Below the pieces are notes generated by a model, which saw only the letters and a list, made by a program, of their open reading frames with translations, ran no database searches and was not told the origin of the DNA. A DNA stretch of 63,421 nt, the filler included. It is 5 parts of 5 records of this genome, joined end to end, with 100 filler letters (N's around TTAATTAATTAA, not from the genome) between each part and the next. Parts side by side here need not be neighbours in the genome. Positions count along the whole stretch, not along the records: positions 19,723 to 36,073 come from SRR22947727_5568; positions 36,174 to 51,290 come from SRR22947727_5573; 3 more parts are not named here. One strand, written 5' to 3'. Below, in pieces: positions 35,244 to 45,596 of the stretch. Every line of letters begins with the position of its first letter. Position 1 is the first letter of the stretch. A program made the position numbers and the translations under genes.

Positions 35244-35256
35244 TATTTTAGCTAGC

Positions 35257-35781
35257 CTATAGCAACTTAAGATTACTTTGAATTTTTTGTGAAATTTCAT
35301 TGGGTGTTTGCCCAAGTACTGTAACAATTAAATGGGCCTGCTCATAAAATGGCGCGCGTTCAAAGAGGTGTTTTCCTAAAAATTCTGGCAACAGCGCTTT
35401 GTCTAAACCTGCTAGCAGTGGCCTTTGGTCCATTTCACCTTCTAAACGAGTCACCAATTCTGGTATAGAAAGTTTCAAATACACTACAATGGTATTTGGA
35501 AAAAATTTCATGTTTTCCAAATTGTCGCCAAAACAAGGGGTTCCACCCCCTGTAGACAAAACAAATGAATCATCAGAATGTCCTAAGTGAAGCAATGCTT
35601 CTCGCTCTACTTTTCTAAAAAAAACCGCTCCTTTATTCTTGAACAAGTCTGGAATAGACATTCCTTGCTTTTCAGATATATAGTGATCTAGATCAATAAA
35701 AGGAATCCCTAAGCGTTCCGCTAAGATTTTTCCAGTGGTGGTTTTTCCACTCCCCATATAACCTACCAATACAAGCTTCAT
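35257..35781 (-). CDS. aroK: shikimate kinase
   Basis: GYMGSGKTT, DLD, STGGGTP, RPLL, R..FY. Confidence 0.93.
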   Translation of the reverse strand: MKLVLVGYMGSGKTTTGKILAERLGIPFIDLDHYISEKQGMSIPDLFKNKGAVFFRKVEREALLHLGHSDDSFVLSTGGGTPCFGDNLENMKFFPNTIVVYLKLSIPELVTRLEGEMDQRPLLAGLDKALLPEFLGKHLFERAPFYEQAHLIVTVLGQTPNEISQKIQSNLKLL

Positions 35782-35968
35782 ACTTTATACAATTCTATAG
35801 ATACAAAGTTACATTTCTTCAAAGGTTTTATGCTTTAAATTAACATACAAAAACATTCAATAAAAAAAATACTCTTATTTTTTAACCCTAATTGGCTGTA
35901 TAGCAGCACCCTTTAAAAAAAAACAAAAAATTATATGTAATTAGCCTTGGAAAATTAATTATTGATAG

Positions 35969-35984
35969 TATATTTGCACCCGCT
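35969..35984 (+). promoter_or_regulatory. Bacteroidota -7 promoter of tRNA-Lys
   Basis: TATATTTGCACCCGCT shortly upstream of the tRNA. Confidence 0.65.
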
Positions 35985-36006
35985 AACAGCAATAAAGTTA
36001 GTTAAT

Positions 36007-36073
36007 GACCTGGTAGCTCAGTTGGTAGAGCATCTCCCTTTTAAGGAGAGGGTCCTGGGTTCGAGCCCCAGCC
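36007..36073 (+). tRNA. tRNA-Lys(UUU), 3' end cut by contig end
   Basis: GACCTGG acceptor, GCTC/GAGC D-arm, TCTCC-CTTTTAA-GGAGA anticodon arm, CTGGG-TTCGAGC-CCCAG T-arm. Confidence 0.95.
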
Positions 36074-36173
36074 NNNNNNNNNNNNNNNNNNNNNNNNNNN
36101 NNNNNNNNNNNNNNNNNTTAATTAATTAANNNNNNNNNNNNNNNNNNNNNNNNNNNNNNNNNNNNNNNNNNNN
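36074..36173. other. artificial contig linker
   Basis: N-run + TTAATTAATTAA + N-run. Confidence 0.98.
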
Positions 36174-36287
36174 ACGACTCTTTATCATGGAAGTCAGCTT
36201 TGGTGATTTGAATTTATGACTAGAAACTAGGGCAAATCAAACGCTCATGATACTGTGAATAAAAAGCTATCTTATGAGATGCTTAAA

Positions 36288-37250
36288 TTAGTGCGAAATA
36301 TTACGGCGGAAGGCATTTAAGCTGCCAGCATGGATCAATTCACTGGGAAGCTGATGTCCAACAATATCTTCTGCCAATCGCCCAACTTCTATCAGCGCCT
36401 CTAAATTTACTCCGGTTTCAATTCCTAATTCTTCACAAAGTAAAACGAGTTCTTCAGTGCAAATATTACCAGCCGCTTTTGGCTGCCCAGCAAATGGACA
36501 CCCGCCTAAGCCCGCAACCGTAGAGTCAAATCGGTGAATTCCCATTTTTAACGCAGTATATGCATTTGCAACGGCTAAACCCCGAGTATCATGAAGGTGA
36601 AGGGCTATCTGCATCTCAGGCCACTCATTGCGCACTGCGCCTAAAACACTTTCAATTTTGTGAGGGGATGCCCAACCCATTGTATCTGCCAAAGAGAAAT
36701 CTGTGATCTTAGCACCTGTCTCTTCCGCTATTCGCATTCCATCCTTCAAAGTATCCACAACGCAATTTGGCGTAATATCACCTTGATAATTGCATCCAAA
36801 AGCTGCCATCACTCCTATATTATTCACTCTGATCTTATGATCAAAATGGGCTGCGGTATGCCGTTTCATGGCCGCCAAATTCTCAATGTGGGATCTATTT
36901 AAATTTTTCTGGGTAAACCCTTCCGAAGCCGTTAGCGAAATTGAACCAGATAGCGTTAACTTATTTTTATATTCGAGCGCTCGGTCCAAACCCTTTCTAT
37001 TAAAATAGAGCCCCGTGTAATTCACACCTTCGATTGCAGTAAACCCATCAACCACATCTTCTGCGTCTGCCCAACCCGGCACCAACCGCGGATTTACGAA
37101 CGAGCAAACTTGAATATTTTTCAAACCAGTATGCGATAAAGCATCAACAAGCTTTATTTTCTGGGCGGTCGATATCGGACCAGGTTCAATTTGAAACCCT
37201 TCTCGCGGTCCCTCTTCATAAATTTCGACAAAATTTGGTAAATCAGAAAT
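36288..37250 (-). CDS. hydroxymethylglutaryl-CoA lyase family protein, ATT in the start position
   Basis: EEGPREGFQ N-terminal motif upstream of the track ORF, HLHDTRG, GLGGCPFA; GGAGG 7 nt before ATT 37250. Confidence 0.9.
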   Translation of the reverse strand: MSDLPNFVEIYEEGPREGFQIEPGPISTAQKIKLVDALSHTGLKNIQVCSFVNPRLVPGWADAEDVVDGFTAIEGVNYTGLYFNRKGLDRALEYKNKLTLSGSISLTASEGFTQKNLNRSHIENLAAMKRHTAAHFDHKIRVNNIGVMAAFGCNYQGDITPNCVVDTLKDGMRIAEETGAKITDFSLADTMGWASPHKIESVLGAVRNEWPEMQIALHLHDTRGLAVANAYTALKMGIHRFDSTVAGLGGCPFAGQPKAAGNICTEELVLLCEELGIETGVNLEALIEVGRLAEDIVGHQLPSELIHAGSLNAFRRNISH

Positions 37251-37483
37251 AAGCCAACCTCCTTAAATTGCGCATGGCTTGAAATTATTAAACGTCACCG
37301 AAGCGAGTATATCAGCTGTTCTATAATGCGTCATTCAAATAACAAAATTATCGAATGTAAGGAGCGTTTAAAAAGAAAGGAAATCATGCTAGATCAATTT
37401 CAAATGACAAATATCGAATAATCAGAGGAAAACATGGGCCCTGCATTAGTCCGAGAGTATCAAATCTTTGCTGGCACTTCAAA

Positions 37484-38662
37484 ATGGCCTTGAAAGGCAT
37501 CCGTGTAATAGAATTCTGTCATATGGTCATGGGGCCAACCTGTGGTATGATCTTAGGTGATCTTGGAGCCAACGTTATAAAAGTAGAGCCTTTAAGTGGG
37601 GATACAACCCGCCGGCTAGAACATGGCGGCGCCGGTTTCTTCGCCTCATATAACCGCAATAAGCGCTCTATCGCGCTTGATTTAAAATCGCCGCAAGGGC
37701 TTGAGGTTGCTAAAAAACTGGCAAGCGGCGCCGATGTTGTAATTGAAAATTACAGGCCCGGTGCCCTTGAAAAACTTGGGCTTGGCTACACAGAACTGAG
37801 CAAGAATAATGCGGGCCTAATTTATTGTTCGTTAAAAGGCTTTCTAGAGGGACCATACGCAAATCGAACAGCACTTGACGAGGTGGTGCAGATGATGGCG
37901 GGTCTTGCTTATATGACAGGACCAGAGGGTAGGCCTTTACGCGCTGGAGCATCTGTTATTGATATTATGGGCGGGATGTTCGGAGTTATCGGCATCCAAG
38001 CGGCGTTGATACAGCGCGCCTTTACTGGAAAAGGGCAGGAAGTAAAAGCTGCTCTTTACGAAACAACCGTCCATGTGGTTGCACAACATATGTTACAATT
38101 TGCAACCACGGGTGTGCCATCTGCACCGATGCCCGAGAGCGCGAGAGCGTGGGCTGTGTATGATACTTTTGTAACGAAAGACGCTAAGCAAGTGTTCATT
38201 GGAATTGTCAGCGATAAACAATGGAAACTATTCTGTGAGGCATTTCGGCGCAAAGATTTGCTAAATGATCACTCCCTTGCGACAAACAATCAGCGATTAG
38301 TTGCGCGCGATCGAATTCAACCGGTGTTGCAGAAATTGTTTAGCGCAATGACCCAGGCCGATTTAATGGCTATCTGTGAACGCATAGGGCTCCCATTCGC
38401 GCCGATCACCAAACCACATGAGTTATTTGAGGACCCTCACCTTAATCAATCGGGTAATCTGCTGAACATCACCCTACCCCATGGCCGCGGGAAAGCCCAA
38501 GTCCCCGGTCTCCCTTTAACTTTGGATGGACTTCGAACGGAAATCCACCACGACTTGCCTGCGGTGAACGAACACGGTCGCGAGATTCTTGAAGAGTTGG
38601 GATACTCAAAGCTTCAAATACATGAAATCATCTCAGAAATGGGCAAAATGGAGCATGATTAG
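37484..38662 (+). CDS. CaiB/BaiF family III CoA-transferase
   Basis: LGDLGANVIKVEP, NRNKRSIALDLK, ADVVIENYRPG. Confidence 0.95.
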   Translation: MALKGIRVIEFCHMVMGPTCGMILGDLGANVIKVEPLSGDTTRRLEHGGAGFFASYNRNKRSIALDLKSPQGLEVAKKLASGADVVIENYRPGALEKLGLGYTELSKNNAGLIYCSLKGFLEGPYANRTALDEVVQMMAGLAYMTGPEGRPLRAGASVIDIMGGMFGVIGIQAALIQRAFTGKGQEVKAALYETTVHVVAQHMLQFATTGVPSAPMPESARAWAVYDTFVTKDAKQVFIGIVSDKQWKLFCEAFRRKDLLNDHSLATNNQRLVARDRIQPVLQKLFSAMTQADLMAICERIGLPFAPITKPHELFEDPHLNQSGNLLNITLPHGRGKAQVPGLPLTLDGLRTEIHHDLPAVNEHGREILEELGYSKLQIHEIISEMGKMEHD

Positions 38663-39026
38663 CACTTCTGAGGCGCCAATTTGTAACGTTAAAAATCCGC
38701 ATAGCTGATCTCTTTAAATTGCGCAGCGCATGGTTGCTTCGAGTCCAACGTGAAAAACACTGCAGGGCGCATAAATATCTGCCATGCAACCTACCTATTG
38801 TTCTTCTTGGCGAACGCTCTTCAACAGCGTTTCCATTGCGAAACGGCCAAGGTTGTTCGAAGCCATGGGCCTGGCGCGCGCGATGAGATTTTGAGATTAC
38901 TGGCGCTTAACCGTGCTGCTCATGCAAATAAGTCTGTTAGATAGGTTGAAGTCAGAGATTAGAACTGGCTTATTAGGGCAGCCCTGAATCGGGCAAAGAA
39001 CTGATATGCTTTCTGGGAGGAAACTC

Positions 39027-40031
39027 ATGAATAAATACCTTCGCACAGCGGCCTTGGCCGCCACATCCACGCTGTTGTTGGCACTGCCAATGAAAGCGCA
39101 AGAATTAAACTTTTTCACAATTGGAACGGGCGGTACGGCATATACATACTACCCTGTTGGTGGTGTTATAGCGAACGCAATATCTAAACCTCCGGGATCA
39201 CGCGAATGCGGCAAAGGTGGCTCTTGTGGGGTCGATGGACTGATCGCCTCGGCTGTTTCCTCACGTGGTTCTGTAGACAATGTGAACGCGATTATCTCTG
39301 GATTGCGCAACTCTGGTTTCGCACAATCCGATGTGGCCTATTGGGCTTTCACAGGGACCGGCACGATGGAAGGCAAAGAACCTGCCAAGGACCTGCGCAC
39401 TATCGCCGCTCTTTTTGAAGAACATATCCATCTAGTAGCTATGGCTGACAGTGGCATAAACTCTGTCGCTGATCTCAAAGGCAAGCGCGTGTCACTTGAT
39501 GAACCCGGTTCTGGCACATATGTCGACGCAAACCTGATCCTGGAAGCCAATGGCCTGTCATCTGATATGATTACTGCAGAAGCCTTAAAAGGCGGTGCAG
39601 CGTCGGAGGCACTGCGCAATGGAAAAATTGATGCGTTCTTTGTTGTCGCTGGATACCCAACGGGTTCTTTAGTTGAACTGGCCTCTGCAGCGTCTATCAA
39701 ATTGGTTCCAATCGACGGTGCTGGTGCAGATGCTTTAACTTCCAAATATGGCTTTTTTGCATCTTCTGACATTCCTGAGGGTGCGTATGAGGGTGTAAAG
39801 ACAACCACAACCGTAGCAGTTGGCGCGCAGTGGTTCACCTCGGCCAATGAAGACGAAGAACTAATCTACAATATCACCAAAGCGCTTTGGAACGATGAGA
39901 GCCGCAAGCTGCTGGACGTGGGCCATGCCAAAGGCAAGACCATTACACCCGCTACCGCGCTGAATGGCGTTGGTGTCCCGCTGCACGCAGGTGCTGAACG
40001 CTTCTATAAAGAAGCCGGTCTTCTCAAGTAA
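39027..40031 (+). CDS. TAXI-family TRAP transporter solute-binding protein
   Basis: signal peptide, IGTGG..GTYY-like motif, GSVDN, QSD, PLHAGAERFYKE. Confidence 0.93.
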   Translation: MNKYLRTAALAATSTLLLALPMKAQELNFFTIGTGGTAYTYYPVGGVIANAISKPPGSRECGKGGSCGVDGLIASAVSSRGSVDNVNAIISGLRNSGFAQSDVAYWAFTGTGTMEGKEPAKDLRTIAALFEEHIHLVAMADSGINSVADLKGKRVSLDEPGSGTYVDANLILEANGLSSDMITAEALKGGAASEALRNGKIDAFFVVAGYPTGSLVELASAASIKLVPIDGAGADALTSKYGFFASSDIPEGAYEGVKTTTTVAVGAQWFTSANEDEELIYNITKALWNDESRKLLDVGHAKGKTITPATALNGVGVPLHAGAERFYKEAGLLK

Positions 40032-40049
40032 GATTAGCTTTCAAACACT

Positions 40050-40085
40050 GGGCTCAAGTGGTGATAACCTCTTGGGCCTTTTTTG
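40050..40085 (+). terminator. hairpin + T-run between TAXI SBP and permease (terminator or mRNA stabiliser)
   Basis: GGCTCAAG..GG/CC..CTTGGGCC-TTTTTT. Confidence 0.55.
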
Positions 40086-40107
40086 ATCTTTAAGTTGGAC
40101 AAAAATC

Positions 40108-42189
40108 ATGACAGTCGACCAAAAGACCGATGACAAGATTGAAGATATGTCCGGCTCATCACCGGCCCTCAGCCCCGAGTTAACCGCCGAAGAATTGGCG
40201 GAAATAGAACGCAAATTTGATCCTGAGACTGCCTTTAGAGCAACGGGAACCACGCTTGGTTTTTTCATTGCAGCCGTTCTTGTGGCCATGTCCGTTTATC
40301 ATTTCTATGCTTCTGGTTTTGGTCTGATCCGCGAACTTTTGCATCGCGGGATCCATTTGTCTTTTGTCCTGGGGCTTGTCTTCCTTCTATTTGGATGGCG
40401 TCGCGAAACCGGGCGAATTCCTGTGACTGGGATGTTTCAACTCCAAGGCGTGCCGATCCTTGATCTGCTATTCTCGGCTTTGGCAGTTGCGGCTGCGATC
40501 TATCTGCCTTTACTGCCGCCCGAGATCGTCTCCGAGCGGGTCGGCAATCCGTCACAATCTGATGTTTTGATGGGTACCGCGCTTTTATTGCTTACGCTTG
40601 AAGCAACCCGCAGATCCGTAGGGCCAACACTGCCGATCATCGGTATTCTGTTCATTGCCTTCGCTTATTTTGGACCCTGGATGCCTGGCGCATTGAAGCA
40701 TGGTGGTTCAAGTTGGCTTGGCATCATCAACCACCTTTATATGACCAATCAAGGTCTTTACGGCGTCGCTATTGGCGTTATGGCGCAATATGTATTTCTG
40801 TTTATCCTTTTTGGCGTGCTAGCAACCCGCATTGGGCTTGGCCAACTGTTCATTGATTTGGCGATGGTTGTGGCTGGCCGCTATTCTGGCGGCCCTGCGA
40901 AAGTAGCGATATTTTCATCTGCTTTCATGGGAACAATTTCTGGATCGTCAATTGCCAATACTGTAACAACTGGCGCGTTAACAATCCCGGCGATGAAGCG
41001 TATAGGCTACCCCGCGCACTTCGCCGGCGCGACAGAGGCCACAGCCTCAACAGGGGGGCAAATAACGCCGCCAATTCTGGGGGCTGCAGCCTTTATTATG
41101 GTTGAATACCTTGAAATTCCCTTGCGAGATGTATTGGCAGCGGCTTTGTTTCCGGCTTTGCTGCATTATTTCGGTATTTTTATCATGGTCCATCTGGAAG
41201 CAAAAAAATTGGGCCTGCGCGGCTTAAGGGCAGAAGAGCTTCCTAAAATAGGTGTAGTGCTTAAGGATCATTGGCTATCAATAATCCCTCTGATTATTTT
41301 AGTTTATTTGATCTTATCTGGAAAAACACCCGACTATGCTGCAGTTTACGGGATCATTGCTTGTGTCGTGGTTGGGATTTTAAACCCAAATCATCGCTTG
41401 TCACTGTCTGATTTATGGAACGCGCTAGGCTCCGGAGCGAAAAGCACACTTGCAGTGGGCGCAGCCGCCGCGACAGTTGGTATCGTTGTGGGGGTAGTTA
41501 CCCTGACAGGGGTCGGCTTTCGTTTGGGCTATGTGGTGGTGCAAACCGCCACCGATATTGGCGAGGTCGTTGGGGGCATCTGGCCGCTCAATCACTTTAG
41601 CGTCGCTCAGTGGGCTTTGTTCTTCTCACTCGTTTTAATCGCGGTTGCGTGCATCATAATGGGCGCAGGCATCCCAACAACTGCGACATACATCATCCTC
41701 GTTGCTGTGGCGGCACCTGCACTGGCGCAATTGCAAGTTGAACCAATCGTATCGCATTTCTTCGTCTTTTATTATGGCGTTTTAGCTGACATCACTCCGC
41801 CCGTCGCACTCGCAGCCTATGCCGCGGCAGGTATCGCGGGGTCTAACCCGTTCAAAACAGGCAACACTGCGTTCCGGTTAGGTATTGCAAAAGCACTTGT
41901 TCCATTCGTGTTTGTCTATTCACCAGCTTTACTTCTCGTTGCAGATGGATTCACCTGGTGGGCTTTTACATATACACTTGTCGGGGCAATGCTAGGCATC
42001 GGATCTCTTGGAGTAGCATTTTCCGGTTATCTAAGCGCCCCTCTCAAAAACTGGGAGCGTTGGTATGTCGGTATCACCGCGTTCTTGTTTATTGCGCCTG
42101 GTGTCTCGACAATGTTGGTGGGACTTGTCGCATTAGTTCCCATTGCCTTGATTCAACAAAAGCGAAGGAAGACAGGGCCCAGCGGTTGA
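40108..42189 (+). CDS. TRAP transporter fused 4TM/12TM permease
   Basis: GGPAKVA, ASTGGQITPPILGAAAF, DITPPVALAAYAAA. Confidence 0.95.
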   Translation: MTVDQKTDDKIEDMSGSSPALSPELTAEELAEIERKFDPETAFRATGTTLGFFIAAVLVAMSVYHFYASGFGLIRELLHRGIHLSFVLGLVFLLFGWRRETGRIPVTGMFQLQGVPILDLLFSALAVAAAIYLPLLPPEIVSERVGNPSQSDVLMGTALLLLTLEATRRSVGPTLPIIGILFIAFAYFGPWMPGALKHGGSSWLGIINHLYMTNQGLYGVAIGVMAQYVFLFILFGVLATRIGLGQLFIDLAMVVAGRYSGGPAKVAIFSSAFMGTISGSSIANTVTTGALTIPAMKRIGYPAHFAGATEATASTGGQITPPILGAAAFIMVEYLEIPLRDVLAAALFPALLHYFGIFIMVHLEAKKLGLRGLRAEELPKIGVVLKDHWLSIIPLIILVYLILSGKTPDYAAVYGIIACVVVGILNPNHRLSLSDLWNALGSGAKSTLAVGAAAATVGIVVGVVTLTGVGFRLGYVVVQTATDIGEVVGGIWPLNHFSVAQWALFFSLVLIAVACIIMGAGIPTTATYIILVAVAAPALAQLQVEPIVSHFFVFYYGVLADITPPVALAAYAAAGIAGSNPFKTGNTAFRLGIAKALVPFVFVYSPALLLVADGFTWWAFTYTLVGAMLGIGSLGVAFSGYLSAPLKNWERWYVGITAFLFIAPGVSTMLVGLVALVPIALIQQKRRKTGPSG

Positions 42190-42648
42190 ACGTTAATGTC
42201 TCAATTGACCTTGATAACTTAGCGTAACAAACCCAATAGCAGCCATCCACGACAAAAGCTCGAAAGGCAGCTTTGACCGAATAACCAACTTCTAAGAAAA
42301 GTGCCGAAACCAGCAGCATATCGGCCACTAGTTTCATTCGAGCCCTACTTTGTTTTAATTTATTCCTTCGTCTATAAACCCTACAGAATGGACCGGGTAT
42401 GGGGTCCACAAATGAATGGTGCTATCAGACGAATGAGAGCTCACATCAGATTGCTGAAAAAGCCTGAAACCATGCGCTCAAAAATTGGTGCCAATCAGCG
42501 GGAGCAGCACCAAAATTCCGCTTTGCTTAATGATAAAGAGACCCTACCAATTTGGGCAGGTGAAAAAATTTTATTTGATAAGGGCGTTGCTTAAGTTTTT
42601 TATTCAAGTGATGGCAGTAGCAATTGGATAGAATTTGCCCGCGTAGAA

Positions 42649-42969
42649 TTAATCTTTTATCAAAGTTCTATGCGTAGAGAGGCGCCGCGTTTGCCCATCT
42701 TTTAAGAAATTTACCGCGGTCACTCGAAATTTTTGGCCATCATCCAACACAATACGATTAAAAACTAAGACGTCCTCATTTTCTGCCACAAGGTTTGGCT
42801 CTTTAAATTGCCAGTCACCCTCAACCAGTTCTCTAATTTCTAATAGCCATTCACCACGATCTTGCATTCCATATTCTTTGAAAAACAAAAACTCTTCATG
42901 GACAAAGCTTTCCATTCTTTCAATTGGCCCATTGTTCATAACATCAACAATAAAATTAAACTTTTCCAA
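42649..42969 (-). CDS. small NTF2/SnoaL-like hypothetical protein
   Basis: GGGAGG RBS before TTG; helix-HEEF-..W-ENE-LKDG pattern; fold inferred. Confidence 0.6.
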   Translation of the reverse strand: MEKFNFIVDVMNNGPIERMESFVHEEFLFFKEYGMQDRGEWLLEIRELVEGDWQFKEPNLVAENEDVLVFNRIVLDDGQKFRVTAVNFLKDGQTRRLSTHRTLIKD

Positions 42970-43115
42970 TAGGACAGCCTCCCGATTTGGCCCAAAACAA
43001 CTCGACGCACAAATATATGGTGTCGTTTATTTATGCTTAATTAGCAAAGCCCTGACCACGCTGCGAATGGACAACATCAATTAAATGAAAATTCAATCAC
43101 TACAAATGCTTTGAT

Positions 43116-43898
43116 TTAGACACCTAGCTTAGCTTTAAGACCACCATCAATCAGAAAGTCGCCACCAATACAAAAGCCGGCGTCGGGCCCTACAAGATAG
43201 GCAACAAGCGCACCAATTTCTTCTACCGTTCCAATCCTTTTAATGGGATGAGATTCACCAAAACCAGAGAGCGTTTCTTCTACATCGCTACCCGGCTCTG
43301 TCAGTTCTGTTGCCGAAAACTCCAGCAGTGGGGTACGGATCGATCCTGGTGAAATCGAGTTCACCCGTATATTATCTTTAGCACAATCGACCGCCAACGC
43401 GCGAGTGAAGGCATGAATTGCACCTTTGCTGGTAGCATAACCCAAAACATTATTCTGGTTTAAATGCCCCTGAACGGAAGCGATGTTAACTATCGATGCC
43501 GTTCGTCGCGATTTTAACAATGGATAAAGAAAATGGGCCATTAGAAAATAGCCAGTAAGATTGATGTCAATCACATTTCGCCATGCTTTTGGGGTCGTGG
43601 TTTCAATATTTCCGTACGTCTGAACACCAGCACAATTGATCAAAGCATCCAATCCGTCGATAACGCCATTAAGCTTGGTTACAAAACTTTGAACAGCTGT
43701 TTCGTCTGATACTTCCAAATCGATAACTTGAATTGGTTTTCCTTTGGTCGCATTTCTAGCCTTTGCATTATCGACTTCACTGTTGCCACATAAAACTACG
43801 CCAAAGCCCTCTGATATTAATTTTTGAGCAACTCCAAAGCCTATACCTGCACTGCCTGTCACAACCGCAATTTTGTCTGTATTCTTCCAGTTCATCAT
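43116..43898 (-). CDS. SDR family oxidoreductase
   Basis: TGSAGIG, NCAG, YATSK, VNSISPG. Confidence 0.93.
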   Translation of the reverse strand: MMNWKNTDKIAVVTGSAGIGFGVAQKLISEGFGVVLCGNSEVDNAKARNATKGKPIQVIDLEVSDETAVQSFVTKLNGVIDGLDALINCAGVQTYGNIETTTPKAWRNVIDINLTGYFLMAHFLYPLLKSRRTASIVNIASVQGHLNQNNVLGYATSKGAIHAFTRALAVDCAKDNIRVNSISPGSIRTPLLEFSATELTEPGSDVEETLSGFGESHPIKRIGTVEEIGALVAYLVGPDAGFCIGGDFLIDGGLKAKLGV

Positions 43899-44111
43899 AC
43901 AACCTCACTTCATTGATCTAGTGATGGTATCTTAAACTTGCAGCACGCAACAATTCACAATGATTTTAAACATCCTTCGTACGAAGATTTGTTTTAACAC
44001 CTAGAACGATACTAATCCTAAGTTAGGTTGCGAACAACGCGTTTCAGGATTTTGCAAATTCTAGTACTTAGACTTTTTTAAAAACAACTTCGAGTATGAT
44101 GCGCATAGGCT

Positions 44112-44432
44112 TTAGTCTTTAACTTGAAAAGAATGCGGTGCGTCCATTTCTAAGCCAGAATAAGCCTCCGTCCGGCTGCCTTCTTCATCCTTTTCTAAAA
44201 GATGGTCTACGCTATCAAGCCACTCAAGCCCGGCAATTTGACCCTCAACTATAGCATCGATACTTGGTATTCGACTGATTTGAACAATTTCACCAGTGTC
44301 TAGCTCTATTAAACTCCAAGTAAGGTCTGGCTTGTTCATAATTTCAGCCAAACGCTCAAGAGCCATTTTAAATTCATCTGAGCAACCATGCTTAGGTGTA
44401 TATTTTATCACTGACCAAACTGCATTTTCCAT
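44112..44432 (-). CDS. small dimeric alpha/beta-barrel-like hypothetical protein
   Basis: 106 aa, WSVIKYTPKHG..EF ABM-like N-terminus; fold inferred. Confidence 0.55.
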   Translation of the reverse strand: MENAVWSVIKYTPKHGCSDEFKMALERLAEIMNKPDLTWSLIELDTGEIVQISRIPSIDAIVEGQIAGLEWLDSVDHLLEKDEEGSRTEAYSGLEMDAPHSFQVKD

Positions 44433-44684
44433 TATTCATCCTAACTATTTTCTTATGACTAATGCGTTACAAAAATATGCAGAGGTTCTAAAAACATTTT
44501 TCGAACAGCCTTGTCAATTTTGTAGGCTTTAACCGAGATTATTTGACCAAAGAAGCTGCTTAGAAATGCTTAAACTGACATATCTAAATAATCCACGGTT
44601 CCTAAATTCTTAAAGAATTGAAAATAATCCTCTATTTCTTCAATGCCAAAGTCTGTGAGCATTGTGCGCATAGGGTTAAATTTG

Positions 44685-45023
44685 TCAAACTTTCACGTCC
44701 GCCCAAACTTGATAGGGATCGCGACCGGAACACTCATTTTTATTAATGTGCATGATAATCGGGTATGCCACCGTTATTAAATTTTCATCCAAGCCATTTT
44801 CCGTAAGCGTAGTCATGATATCTTCCTCTGTTTCCGCCTCCCAATGACAAAAGAAAAAATCATCTGTTCCCACCCAGGTTGCAATACATTGAGCTTTAGG
44901 AAAATTCCATCGGTCTGCCCATTCGTAATCTGTACGAACCGTATTTTTCAAACTTTTAAAAGTATTTTTCTTGGCCAGTTCGCTTTTATAAGTGTGTATT
45001 GCCAGAAATGTTTTGCGCGCCAT
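44685..45023 (-). CDS. DUF4242-like small protein
   Basis: FLAIH...TWV..D.FFCHWEAETEEDI pattern; GGAG RBS. Confidence 0.55.
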   Translation of the reverse strand: MARKTFLAIHTYKSELAKKNTFKSLKNTVRTDYEWADRWNFPKAQCIATWVGTDDFFFCHWEAETEEDIMTTLTENGLDENLITVAYPIIMHINKNECSGRDPYQVWADVKV

Positions 45024-45169
45024 GAGCATTCTCCATTAATTTTTTTTCAGAATAACGCAGCGCAGAAATTTGTAGAACAATTATTTAAGGTGTTTTTATT
45101 AATTCAGCGTAAAGTAAATCAAATACGGCCACGCAAGGTGCCTGCATAGCCGTGTTAATGTTCCAATGT

Positions 45170-45580
45170 TTAAACTTGAGGCTGCTTTTCAACAGACGCG
45201 TCTTTTTTTTCGTCTAAAGACCAAGCACCTGCGCCGTTTGCGAATAAAAATAAGAAACCTCCAGCAATCGCAATATTTTTCATAAAACTTGCCATTTCAT
45301 TTTGATCAGCAAAATTATTATGAAAAATTAGAGCAGATAAAATGCTGAAACCAGCTAATCCCAAAGCAATCCAACGGGTTTGCCAGCCTATGATTATAGC
45401 TATACCGCCGAATACCTCTAAGATTATAACAAAAGGCAGAAGAAAGCTTGGGACGCCCATCGCCTCCATCCAACCCGCTGTAGCGCCGTAGTTAAACAAC
45501 TTATTTAATCCAAACATTATGAAGATAAGCGAGATGAGTACCCTGCTCACTGGCGCGGCAAATGAAGCTGCTTTTTCCAT
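45170..45580 (-). CDS. DoxX family membrane protein
   Basis: RVLISLIFI.FG..K, FH, FMKNIAIAGGFL..GAGAWSLD. Confidence 0.92.
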   Translation of the reverse strand: MEKAASFAAPVSRVLISLIFIMFGLNKLFNYGATAGWMEAMGVPSFLLPFVIILEVFGGIAIIIGWQTRWIALGLAGFSILSALIFHNNFADQNEMASFMKNIAIAGGFLFLFANGAGAWSLDEKKDASVEKQPQV

Positions 45581-45596
45581 TTCGAGATCCTTTATG

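Noticed and set aside
19726-35984. 16-bp inverted repeat TATATTTGCACCCGCT near both ends of the Flavobacteriia contig as transposon ends
   Set aside because: It matches the Bacteroidota TAnnTTTG promoter, one copy precedes tRNA-Lys, the enclosed genes are housekeeping and there is no transposase.
42484-42515. TTGGTGCC...GCACCAA as a tRNA-derived att site
   Set aside because: There is no TTCGA T-arm remnant, so it is too degenerate to support.
42301-42594. 97-aa ORF, along with 46088-46288, 46446-46721 and 51140-51346
   Set aside because: They have no clear RBS or recognisable motifs. 51140-51346 is the antisense of a terS remnant running into Ns.
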